Source: Bacteroidia bacterium (lineage in GTDB: Bacteria; Bacteroidota; Bacteroidia; Flavobacteriales; Flavobacteriaceae). Taken from it: a stretch of 64,000 nucleotides of DNA. Positions 38,679 through 47,725 of the stretch are shown here, one piece after another. Both the position numbers and the translations under genes were made by a program. The stretch lies in the NCBI GenBank assembly GCA_030432635.1, contig JAUIMB010000011.1, positions 54,124 through 118,123 of the forward strand. The letters run 5' to 3'. Under the pieces are notes generated by a model. It saw only the letters and a program-made list of their open reading frames with translations. It had not been told where the DNA came from and searched no databases. Numbering within the stretch: position 1 is the stretch's first letter; each line of letters begins with the position of its first letter.

Positions 38679-41600
38679 ATGATTCATTTCTTCGGAAACC
38701 AAAACAGCAAGGTTTTTGCTGTTCAAGCAACAAAAGAATTATCAACTGAAACCATTTCTAAACTGACATGGCTTTTTGGCAACCAACCTAAAATAGAACA
38801 AGCATCGATTGATGCTTTTTTTGTTGGTCCAAGAGCAGCCATGATCACGCCTTGGAGTACCAATGCTGTTGAAATAACACAAAACATGGGCATCTCTGGC
38901 ATCCTTAGAATTGAAGAATTTGAATCCGTTTCAGAAACATTCAAGGATTTCGATCCAATGCTCTCTGAAAAATTTAAGCGTTTAGACCAAGACATCTTTG
39001 CAATTGACATCAAACCTGAACCCATACTTAACATCGCAGATATATCAGCGTATAACGAAGAAGAAGGTTTGGCGCTTAGTGATGAAGAAGTAGATTATCT
39101 TAACGATGTTTCAAAACGTATTGGAAGGCCATTGACTGACTCTGAGGTTTTTGGATTTTCCCAAGTCAATTCCGAACATTGTCGACATAAAATTTTCAAT
39201 GGAACCTTTATCATTGATGGTGAAGAAAAGCCGACATCACTTTTTAAAATGATTAAGGAAACTTCAAAACAAAACCCTAACGATATTGTCTCAGCTTACA
39301 AAGACAATGTAGCATTTATAAAGGGTCCTATTGTAGAACAGTTTGCACCCAAACGTGCTGACGTTCCTGAATACTATGAAACCAAGGATTTTGAGTCTGT
39401 GATTTCCTTGAAAGCCGAAACACATAATTTTCCAACAACGGTAGAACCATTTAATGGTGCTGCCACAGGTTCTGGTGGAGAAATTAGAGATCGATTGGCA
39501 GGAGGAAAAGGCTCTATTCCATTGGCTGGAACTGCGGTATATATGACATCGTATTCAAGACTGGAATCCGACAGGCCTTGGGAACAAAAATTCGAAGCAC
39601 GTAAGTGGCTGTATCAAACTCCAATTGATATCTTAGTAAAAGCTTCCAATGGTGCATCAGATTTTGGAAATAAGTTTGGTCAACCACTTATTTGTGGTTC
39701 TGTATTGACTTTTGAGCACGATGAAACCCATGATGTCACTCTGAATTCTGTCGAAGGGTATCAACCTCGAAAACTTGGCTACGACAAAGTCATTATGCAA
39801 GCTGGTGGCATTGGCTACGGAAAAGCAGACCAAGCCATAAAAGACATACCAAAAACAGGTGACAAAGTGATTATTCTTGGAGGTGAAAACTATCGTATAG
39901 GAATGGGTGGAGCAGCAGTATCTTCGGCTGATACTGGTGAATTTTCAACTGGAATTGAATTAAATGCAGTACAACGGTCTAATCCTGAAATGCAAAAACG
40001 TGCTGCAAATGCAGTACGAGGTATGGTAGAGAGTGACGAGAATCCTATTGTTTCCATTCACGATCATGGTGCTGGTGGTCATCTAAATTGTTTGAGCGAA
40101 CTTGTTGAAGACACAGGTGGACAAATTGATTTGGATAAACTTCCCGTTGGTGATCCAACGCTATCAGACAAAGAGATTATTGGCAATGAATCCCAAGAGC
40201 GTATGGGACTTGTTATTGCTGAAGAACATCTGGACGCACTTCATAAAATTGCAGAAAGGGAACGCTCGCCTATTTATGATGTAGGCGAAGTCACAGGTGA
40301 TCACAGATTCACTTTTGAATCTAAAACCAATGGAAACAAACCCATGGACCTTGCCATGAGTGATATGTTTGGAAGTTCCCCAAAAACTATCATGACCGAT
40401 AAAACCATTGATAGAAAATATGAAGCGATCACCTATCACACTGACGCAATCTATGATTACTTGGATCAAGTCTTACAACTTGAGGCTGTAGCTTGTAAAG
40501 ACTGGCTAACTAACAAAGTAGATAGGTGTGTTGGTGGAAAAGTCGCCAAACAGCAATGCGTCGGAACATTACAATTACCATTAAATAATGTTGGTGTAAT
40601 GGCTTTGGATTTTAATGGCAAGGAAGGCATTGCAACATCTATTGGCCACGCTCCTATTTCTGGTTTGATAAATCCTAAAGCAGGAAGCAGAAACAGTATC
40701 ACAGAAGCTTTGACGAATATCATTTGGGCACCTCTCAAAGATGGTTTGCAATCGGTTTCTTTATCTGCCAATTGGATGTGGCCATGTAAAAACGAAGGTG
40801 AAGATGCAAGGTTATACCAAGCTGTTCAGGCCATTTCTGAGTTTGCCATCGATTTAGGGATTAATGTGCCTACAGGTAAGGACTCCTTATCCATGAAACA
40901 GAAGTATCCTGAAGGTGATGTCATTTCACCTGGTACTGTTATTATTTCTGCAGCTGCGAATTGTAATGATATTGCAAACGTTATTGAACCTGTATTTCAA
41001 AAAAATGCTGGATCAATATACTACATCAATATTTCTCAAGATGCGTTCAAGCTTGGAGGCAGCTCGTTCGCTCAAATTTTGAACAAAATAGGGAATGATG
41101 TTCCAAGCGTTCAAAGTGCAAACTATACAAAAACCGTTTTCAACACTATTCAAGACCTGATCAAATCTGGAAAAATAGTTGCAGGACATGATGTGGCTTC
41201 TGGTGGTTTGATTACTACATTATTAGAACTTTGCTTTGCTGAAAATGAACTTGGGGCAGCTTTGGATATTAGTGAACTCAAAGAAACGGATTCCTTAAAA
41301 GTGCTCTTTGCTGAAAATCCAGGAATCGTTTTTCAATCAAACGATGATTCTGTGGAACAAGTGCTCACTGAGGCCAATATTGAATTCTTCAATATTGGAA
41401 AAGTGACACAGTCAGACGTATTAAGTATCATTAATCATGATGAAGTCTTCACCATGACTGTCTCTCGATTGAGAGATGTGTGGTATCGAACCTCTTTCCT
41501 ACTCGATCAAAAACAAACGAGTAATGGCTTAGCTCAAGATCGTTTTGAAAACTATAAAAATCAGCCTTTACAGTTTAAATTTCCAAAGCATTTTACAGGT

Positions 41601-42497
41601 AAATTAGCCAATGTCATTCAGAGCGAACGCGAAGAATCTGAGATTGCCACGTCGCAAGCTCCTCGCAATGACAGTTCAATGTCAGGTCGAGCGCAGTCAA
41701 GACCTCTTGACAACCTCTCGACTGCGCTCGAGGAGACAAGAGTAAGACCTAAAGCAGCCATCCTACGTGAAAAAGGAAGCAACTCTGAACGCGAAATGGC
41801 AAATGCCATGTACCTTGCTGGTTTTGATGTCAAAGACGTCCATATGACCGATTTGATTTCTGGTCGTGAGACCTTGGAAGACATTCAGTTTTTAGGTGCG
41901 GTTGGTGGATTTTCGAACTCTGATGTGTTAGGCTCTGCAAAAGGTTGGGCTGGTGCCATTAAATACAACGAGAATGCAAATAAAGCCATCAAGAAATTCT
42001 TCGAAAGAAGCGACACCTTATCAGTTGGAATCTGTAATGGCTGTCAGCTCTGGATGGAATTGGATCTAATCAATCCTGATCACGAGACGCATGGAAAAAT
42101 GGTCCATAATGATTCACATAAACATGAGAGCGCTTTTACTTCAGTGACCATTCAGGAGAATCGCTCTGTGATGTTGTCTTCACTTGCAGGAAGCACGTTA
42201 GGCGTTTGGATATCACATGGTGAAGGGAAATTTGATCTTCCATATGATGAGAGCAGCTATGACATCGTTGCCAAGTATGGCTATGCCGAATATCCATCAA
42301 ACCCTAATGGTTCAGATTATAATACTGCCATGATGTGTGATGCTTCCGGTAGGCATTTAGTGACGATGCCACATATAGAACGTTCAACATTTCAGTGGAA
42401 TTGGGCCAATTACCCTAAAGGAAGAAAAGATGATGTATCACCTTGGCTTGAAGCTTTTGTGAATGCTCGTAAATGGATAGAAAAAACAACTAATTAA
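38679..42497 (+). CDS. purL: Phosphoribosylformylglycinamidine synthase (large fused form)
   Basis: NSEHCRHKIFN, KAETHNFPT, IHDHGAGG, GICNGCQ and SHGEG motifs; TAAATTTG promoter at 38649-38656. Confidence 0.97.
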   Translation: MIHFFGNQNSKVFAVQATKELSTETISKLTWLFGNQPKIEQASIDAFFVGPRAAMITPWSTNAVEITQNMGISGILRIEEFESVSETFKDFDPMLSEKFKRLDQDIFAIDIKPEPILNIADISAYNEEEGLALSDEEVDYLNDVSKRIGRPLTDSEVFGFSQVNSEHCRHKIFNGTFIIDGEEKPTSLFKMIKETSKQNPNDIVSAYKDNVAFIKGPIVEQFAPKRADVPEYYETKDFESVISLKAETHNFPTTVEPFNGAATGSGGEIRDRLAGGKGSIPLAGTAVYMTSYSRLESDRPWEQKFEARKWLYQTPIDILVKASNGASDFGNKFGQPLICGSVLTFEHDETHDVTLNSVEGYQPRKLGYDKVIMQAGGIGYGKADQAIKDIPKTGDKVIILGGENYRIGMGGAAVSSADTGEFSTGIELNAVQRSNPEMQKRAANAVRGMVESDENPIVSIHDHGAGGHLNCLSELVEDTGGQIDLDKLPVGDPTLSDKEIIGNESQERMGLVIAEEHLDALHKIAERERSPIYDVGEVTGDHRFTFESKTNGNKPMDLAMSDMFGSSPKTIMTDKTIDRKYEAITYHTDAIYDYLDQVLQLEAVACKDWLTNKVDRCVGGKVAKQQCVGTLQLPLNNVGVMALDFNGKEGIATSIGHAPISGLINPKAGSRNSITEALTNIIWAPLKDGLQSVSLSANWMWPCKNEGEDARLYQAVQAISEFAIDLGINVPTGKDSLSMKQKYPEGDVISPGTVIISAAANCNDIANVIEPVFQKNAGSIYYINISQDAFKLGGSSFAQILNKIGNDVPSVQSANYTKTVFNTIQDLIKSGKIVAGHDVASGGLITTLLELCFAENELGAALDISELKETDSLKVLFAENPGIVFQSNDDSVEQVLTEANIEFFNIGKVTQSDVLSIINHDEVFTMTVSRLRDVWYRTSFLLDQKQTSNGLAQDRFENYKNQPLQFKFPKHFTGKLANVIQSEREESEIATSQAPRNDSSMSGRAQSRPLDNLSTALEETRVRPKAAILREKGSNSEREMANAMYLAGFDVKDVHMTDLISGRETLEDIQFLGAVGGFSNSDVLGSAKGWAGAIKYNENANKAIKKFFERSDTLSVGICNGCQLWMELDLINPDHETHGKMVHNDSHKHESAFTSVTIQENRSVMLSSLAGSTLGVWISHGEGKFDLPYDESSYDIVAKYGYAEYPSNPNGSDYNTAMMCDASGRHLVTMPHIERSTFQWNWANYPKGRKDDVSPWLEAFVNARKWIEKTTN
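39735..39758 (+). repeat. REP-like GTC-initial element inside purL
   Basis: GTCACTCTGAATTCTGTCGAAGGG, read in frame as VTLNSVEG. Confidence 0.55.
41613..41737. repeat. Cluster of four REP-like palindromic units (two inverted pairs) in frame within purL
   Basis: GTCATTCAGAGCGAACGCGAAGAATCT; revcomp of GTCATTGCGAGGAGCTTGCGACGTGGCAATCTC; GTCAGGTCGAGCGCAGTCAAGACCT; revcomp of GTCTCCTCGAGCGCAGTCGAGAGGT. Confidence 0.8.
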
Positions 42498-43228
42498 CGT
42501 AGCAATTTTTCCAAAAACTCTTGTTTATTTCGCCTAGACACAGGTAGTTTTTTTCCGTTTTCCAAAACGACATAACCACCATCATTCTTATTGAATTTTG
42601 TAATATAATCGAGATTCACCAAATGGGATTGGTGGATTCTAAAAAAACCAAAATCACTGAGCATCGTGTCGTATTCCTTGATTGTTTTTGAAACAACAAT
42701 ACGCTTATCGTTAGCCAGGAAAATAGAAGTATAGTTGTCATCAGCTTCACAATGCACAATCTGGTTGAGTTTTACAAGTTCAATGCCTTCGGAAGTAGGA
42801 AAGGCTATTTTCTTGATACTGCTCTGATTTCCTAATAACACTTCCAGTTTATTATGAATACCTTTGAGGCCAATTTCCTTTTGATACTTCTCAATGGCTT
42901 CTATCAATTCTTGCGGATTTATAGGTTTCAACAAATAAGCAATCGCGCTAATTTGAAATGCCTTGATGGCATAAGCACTGTATGCGGTTACAAAAATGAC
43001 ACTGAATTGAATGTCATCAAAAGATTCCAATAATTTAAATCCTGTTCCATCAGTCATCTCTATATCGAGAAACACCAATTCGGGTTGCTTATCCTTAATC
43101 AATTCGATTCCGGTTGCAACACCATCTGCCTCTCCTAAAACCTCTACAGTCTTGCAATATTTCTGCAAAAAATTGGAGAGTGTTTTCCGACTCTTTTTTT
43201 CGTTATCAATTATGACACTTTTGATCAT
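42494..43228 (-). CDS. LytTR-family response regulator
   Basis: REC domain (LVFLDIEM, FVTAY, YLLKP) plus LytTR domain (EADDNYT, FFRIHQSHLVN, LPVSRR). Confidence 0.93.
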   Translation of the reverse strand: MIKSVIIDNEKKSRKTLSNFLQKYCKTVEVLGEADGVATGIELIKDKQPELVFLDIEMTDGTGFKLLESFDDIQFSVIFVTAYSAYAIKAFQISAIAYLLKPINPQELIEAIEKYQKEIGLKGIHNKLEVLLGNQSSIKKIAFPTSEGIELVKLNQIVHCEADDNYTSIFLANDKRIVVSKTIKEYDTMLSDFGFFRIHQSHLVNLDYITKFNKNDGGYVVLENGKKLPVSRRNKQEFLEKLLR

Positions 43229-45195
43229 ATCAAGTCTTGGGTATAAGGCATTTCAATGTTAACTTTGGTACCTGAAGCCACCTGGCTTTCATAGAGATCA
43301 TCAATCCTAATATGATACTTTTCATTGGTGGTTTCAGAATAGCTTGCCAAACGTTCTTGGGTTAATTTTAATGCTAATGAGACATGTTCGCGATTTGGGG
43401 AAGTTTCTTTTTTGGCTGCAGCTATTCTACCGATTCCATTATCTGTAATCTCACAAACTAAAACGCCATATCCTGAACCCTTTTGAATGGTCTTTTTTAT
43501 ACTAATTATTATGCTAACCTTACCTTCAGATGGTTTAGGCTCCAATCCGTGTAAGATAGCATTTTCAACAAAAGGTTGCAACAGCATAGGAGGAATCATT
43601 ACCATTGATTCATCTATACCATTGGTATCAAAAGTATATTCGAAACGTTCTTCAAAACGCAATTGTTCTAAGTTCAAATAAGACTCCAAAGCATTTAGGT
43701 CGTCTTTTATAAGGATAAACTCTTGTTGTGAATGCTCTAATATTTGACGCATTAAATGGGAAAATCGCGACAAATAAATCTCTGAATCCATGGTATTATT
43801 TTCAGACACATAGCTCTGTATGGAATTCAAGGCATTGAAAATAAAATGCGGATTCATTTGTGAGCGTAGCAAACGTTGCTCTAACTCATAACGCTTACTT
43901 TTTATTTTATGGTGCTGGTTTAACTTTTTGAATGTATTGCTTCGCCAAACGAAATATAGCAATATCAAAAGTAATCCTGAAAACACAAGGAAAAACAACT
44001 TGGTATTTCGTTGCTTTTCAATTTCAAGCGCTTGTTGTTCCAATTTCAAGTCCTGTATTTCTAGTTCTTTATCTTTCTGGGCAACGTCAAATTCTGTAAG
44101 TAACTCTAAGGATTTCAATTCAGATTTTTCATTATAAATTGAATCTTTCAACACCACCAATTCATCATAATACGTTAAGGCTTCCTCAGTCCGATTTGCA
44201 GCCTTCAATGCGTCGATTAAATTGGAAAGCGCTCCTAAATAGCTATTATTTGCCCCAATATTCTTATAGTTTTGGGCCGAAGTTTTAAAGTAGTCGATAG
44301 CTGCATTATAACGATTTTGAATGGAAGCAATATTTCCAAGTTTTAAGTTAGCCCTTGCTACTCCTTCAGCATCATTAAACGTGTGTGCTAAGGCTTCTGT
44401 TTGAAGGTAAAGTTCCTTAGCCTTTCCATAGTGCTTGTCATGTTCAAAATAGATATTTCCCAATTGCAAAGTGGCTACACGAAGTAAACGCTTAAAGTTA
44501 TGTGTTTCAGCTTTTTGTTTCCCTTCCTCCAAAAACAGTCTTGCCTCCTCAAAATGATCAAGACGTTGATGGCAAATCCCAATATTTATGGTTGCAGAAG
44601 TATAGGGATGAAATGCCTCAAGCTTTTGAAAGATAGTTTTTGCCTTTTCGCTATAAATTATAGCTTGTTGATACTCTTCCAAATTCATGTAGATTCTTGC
44701 AAAAGTGGCTAATGTAATGGCCTGAAGTCGTTCATTCTTTTGGGCTTCAAAAATGACCAGAGCTTTGTTGTAAAACGCTATCGCAATGTCATATTGCTCC
44801 TTAATAACATAGGCGTTTCCGATATTTCCGTATGCAGAAGCGATATAGGATGAGTCCTGAATTTTGAGCGCTATGTCCAAACTTTTATTTTGATAATATA
44901 AAATGGAATCCGCTTCAGATGTTTCATTAAAGCTCATCCCTATATAACTCAGCAGTTTGCATGTTTCCTTCTCATTTTCAAGTTCTCTGGAAAGTTTCAA
45001 GGCCATGCGATATAGACTATCTGACTTTGATGGGCTTTTGTAAAAGTAATAATCTCCTAAAGCACCAAGTGCCTTAAGCCGATCTTCAGACGCATTGGAC
45101 ATTGCTTTAATAGTGAGACTATCAATGTTTTGAGCCTGTAGTTGAACATCAAAAAGAAGACCAATAATGAATATGCACTTAAGAAACAGCTTCAT
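43225..45195 (-). CDS. TPR-containing sensor histidine kinase (LytS/YehU, His_kinase type)
   Basis: Signal peptide, TPR helices, a TM, then LRSQMNPHFIFNALNSI, PFVENAILHG and DNGIGR. Confidence 0.92.
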   Translation of the reverse strand: MKLFLKCIFIIGLLFDVQLQAQNIDSLTIKAMSNASEDRLKALGALGDYYFYKSPSKSDSLYRMALKLSRELENEKETCKLLSYIGMSFNETSEADSILYYQNKSLDIALKIQDSSYIASAYGNIGNAYVIKEQYDIAIAFYNKALVIFEAQKNERLQAITLATFARIYMNLEEYQQAIIYSEKAKTIFQKLEAFHPYTSATINIGICHQRLDHFEEARLFLEEGKQKAETHNFKRLLRVATLQLGNIYFEHDKHYGKAKELYLQTEALAHTFNDAEGVARANLKLGNIASIQNRYNAAIDYFKTSAQNYKNIGANNSYLGALSNLIDALKAANRTEEALTYYDELVVLKDSIYNEKSELKSLELLTEFDVAQKDKELEIQDLKLEQQALEIEKQRNTKLFFLVFSGLLLILLYFVWRSNTFKKLNQHHKIKSKRYELEQRLLRSQMNPHFIFNALNSIQSYVSENNTMDSEIYLSRFSHLMRQILEHSQQEFILIKDDLNALESYLNLEQLRFEERFEYTFDTNGIDESMVMIPPMLLQPFVENAILHGLEPKPSEGKVSIIISIKKTIQKGSGYGVLVCEITDNGIGRIAAAKKETSPNREHVSLALKLTQERLASYSETTNEKYHIRIDDLYESQVASGTKVNIEMPYTQDLI

Positions 45196-45212
45196 CTTTT
45201 AAAATTAGGAAA

Positions 45213-47537
45213 TTAATCTTTGTTTTCTAATTTTTCAATACGCTCGAGAAGGTGTTGGACCAACAAATTGGTTTGTTCTTGCGATTTTTGAAGGGACGCT
45301 AATTGTTGTTGTTGTGCATCAATAATTTGTTGTTGTTCTTGAATGGCTTTGATAGCGACGACACCAAAACCAGCATAGTTTAATCCTAAATAATCGTCTT
45401 CAGTTTCTCCGACCAACTCAGGAAATAATGGCTGAATATCCTGTGCCATAAATCCGATTGTCTTCTTGGCTCGCGTATCTTGATCTTTATACAAATAGCG
45501 GTAGGCTTTTAATTGATTGACCTTTTCCAATACCGATTCTATTTCAGTGATGTCCTTCTTCATTCGCTTGTCTGACGTCACGACATAAACACCAGTTCCC
45601 GCTGTAATGTAAGCCCTTCTGGTCCCATTTTCATCGAAGGAGAAATGCAACCCAGAATGATAAATATTCCAGTTGTTTGAACCAGCACTGAAACCCATAC
45701 CTCCTGTTCCACCGACAAAACTATTGGATTGCACCAAATGCACGTCAAAACTAGGCGAGTTTGTTAGAAATCCCAACCTATCGTTCCCAGCATCAGTATA
45801 GAACAAATTCGGGTTAGAATCGCCTTCTATTCTAAAGTCAAAATCCTGACCCAGTTCATTAATCACACTAGTATTACTGCTATTTAACTGATGTTGCAAA
45901 GCACCATCCTTATATATCTCAAAAACACCATCATCTCCAGTTCCACCATCGTACAATCGCGCAATTGTAGTGCCAGTGGTACTGCCATCATTCCAATAGG
46001 TATCATCTCCAAAATAAATTAGACCAGAGTTTCTAACTTCAAAATGATTTGTTCCATTGTCTTGTACACTAAAATCTCCAGAGGCATTCAAATCAAAGAT
46101 CATATCATAAGTGCCTTGAGAAATTGTAGTTGATTGATTTAGGGCTCCACCCAAAACAATATCATCTGAATTTGCTGTTATACCATTATTTGCAACTACG
46201 TTAATATTTGCTGTGCCAGTTGTAGCGCTTCCAATCAAACCATCGCCTGCAGTTACTGCAGTGATATCTCCAGTAGAGAGGAAAACACTATTTCCATCTT
46301 CAATAGAAAGTGAACCTGAAGTCGCATTGTATGTTATGGTTTGATCATCTGATCCGATTGCAGTATCATCAACCCAATTGACATTTCCAGAACCATCAGT
46401 TTGCATAATTTGATTTGAAGTACCCCTTGCTGTTGGAAGCACATAATAATCTGGCGTTGAAGTTGAAAAATAAGTAGTCCCAACTGCCAATTTACCGCGA
46501 AAAAAACCTGCAAAGGATGTTCCCGTTGTTCTAAGAACTTCAGAATAAACACCTACTTGCGGGCCAACATATAAAGGGTCAATTATATTATAACTAGCAA
46601 TTCCCTCTCTAAAACTGTTACCAGATATTGAATTAACAATTCCATAGGTATTACAGGAGTTAAAACCTTCAACCTGGTTATCGATGCCTCGCGCTGTGGA
46701 ATTATCTGATCTAATTATATTTTGAATTCCGATTGGAACACCTCCAATCAAATTATTAGAAACACCTATTTTAAGAATAGGATATGTATATGGCATTTCA
46801 TTATGAAGTCCTATTGATTGTATAGCGTTCGCATTTTCAAAGTTATTATATACACCATATTTAGTACCCGAACCTGTGCCATTAACTCCAAGATTATTGT
46901 AAGTTCCATACATTTCAAAACTTCCTGAACTAGCATAGATATCATTGTAGGTACCAAAAATTCTTTCAGAACCCGAAACTTCAGTTCTAATACCATAATG
47001 CTCACCTGTTCCTACACTCAAATTTTCTACATATACTCCATATTGACTTGCGTTAGATGAGTTAGTCATTCTTACATTTAAGGCTCGCTCTTGTGTGTCT
47101 TCTAAAACCTCCAAAGCGTAATCTGCTGTATTCTTACCAATAGCAATATTTCCTAATGTATAAATATCATCATTAATACTATTAGGAGCGTTTGTAGTGC
47201 CTTCGCCATAAAAATCATGATCAGTATCTGTCGAAGAGGTACTTAAATGTTCCCATTGCACTCCGTTAAAGTAATAATAACCCATTCCATGTCCACCCAG
47301 CACTCCAGAATTGGTGTTATATATCAACAATCCTGTTGCTGCCGTGTTTGTGCCATCAAGCATCGTAACTGTCACATCGGCAAGGTGAACACGAGGTATC
47401 AATATGCCTTTATCTATTGAAGTAATATCCAAAACTGAAGAAAGATTAGGACTTGTGGTTCCGATACCCACTTGAGAGAAGGATTTTGTAAAGGATACCA
47501 GAAGACAAAACAGAAAGAGAACTTTTAAACGTATCAT
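45213..47537 (-). CDS. Secreted tail-fibre-like protein with C-terminal Peptidase_S74-type intramolecular chaperone
   Basis: SQVGIGTTSP start; YGVY.N repeats; SDKRMKKDI...IGFMAQD...FPELV...LNYAGFGVVAIKAIQE followed by a coiled coil. Confidence 0.85.
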   Translation of the reverse strand: MIRLKVLFLFCLLVSFTKSFSQVGIGTTSPNLSSVLDITSIDKGILIPRVHLADVTVTMLDGTNTAATGLLIYNTNSGVLGGHGMGYYYFNGVQWEHLSTSSTDTDHDFYGEGTTNAPNSINDDIYTLGNIAIGKNTADYALEVLEDTQERALNVRMTNSSNASQYGVYVENLSVGTGEHYGIRTEVSGSERIFGTYNDIYASSGSFEMYGTYNNLGVNGTGSGTKYGVYNNFENANAIQSIGLHNEMPYTYPILKIGVSNNLIGGVPIGIQNIIRSDNSTARGIDNQVEGFNSCNTYGIVNSISGNSFREGIASYNIIDPLYVGPQVGVYSEVLRTTGTSFAGFFRGKLAVGTTYFSTSTPDYYVLPTARGTSNQIMQTDGSGNVNWVDDTAIGSDDQTITYNATSGSLSIEDGNSVFLSTGDITAVTAGDGLIGSATTGTANINVVANNGITANSDDIVLGGALNQSTTISQGTYDMIFDLNASGDFSVQDNGTNHFEVRNSGLIYFGDDTYWNDGSTTGTTIARLYDGGTGDDGVFEIYKDGALQHQLNSSNTSVINELGQDFDFRIEGDSNPNLFYTDAGNDRLGFLTNSPSFDVHLVQSNSFVGGTGGMGFSAGSNNWNIYHSGLHFSFDENGTRRAYITAGTGVYVVTSDKRMKKDITEIESVLEKVNQLKAYRYLYKDQDTRAKKTIGFMAQDIQPLFPELVGETEDDYLGLNYAGFGVVAIKAIQEQQQIIDAQQQQLASLQKSQEQTNLLVQHLLERIEKLENKD

Positions 47538-47725
47538 GATGTCATTACTTATGGTTCATTATAAAATTACCTTCAGCTAGGCATCTTTGAAATAAGGCTT
47601 TAGTATCTGGTCGGTTTCACCAAGAATTAGGTATTTCGAGCAGAAATAAAAATATCAGGGTTTCTAAAGAGTATTTGCGATATCTTCAATTATTGACTAT
47701 TTTGCATATCCATATAAGACACCCT

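Noticed and set aside
45213-47537. Prophage interpretation of the S74 tail-fibre-like gene
   Set aside because: It has a Sec signal peptide and no integrase, terminase, capsid or lysis genes nearby.
47538-47674. Search for the LytTR 9-12-9 repeat upstream of the S74 fibre operon
   Set aside because: The closest candidates (GTTTCAC and ATTTCGA) are 19 bp apart and poorly matched, so autoregulation through this motif is not supported.
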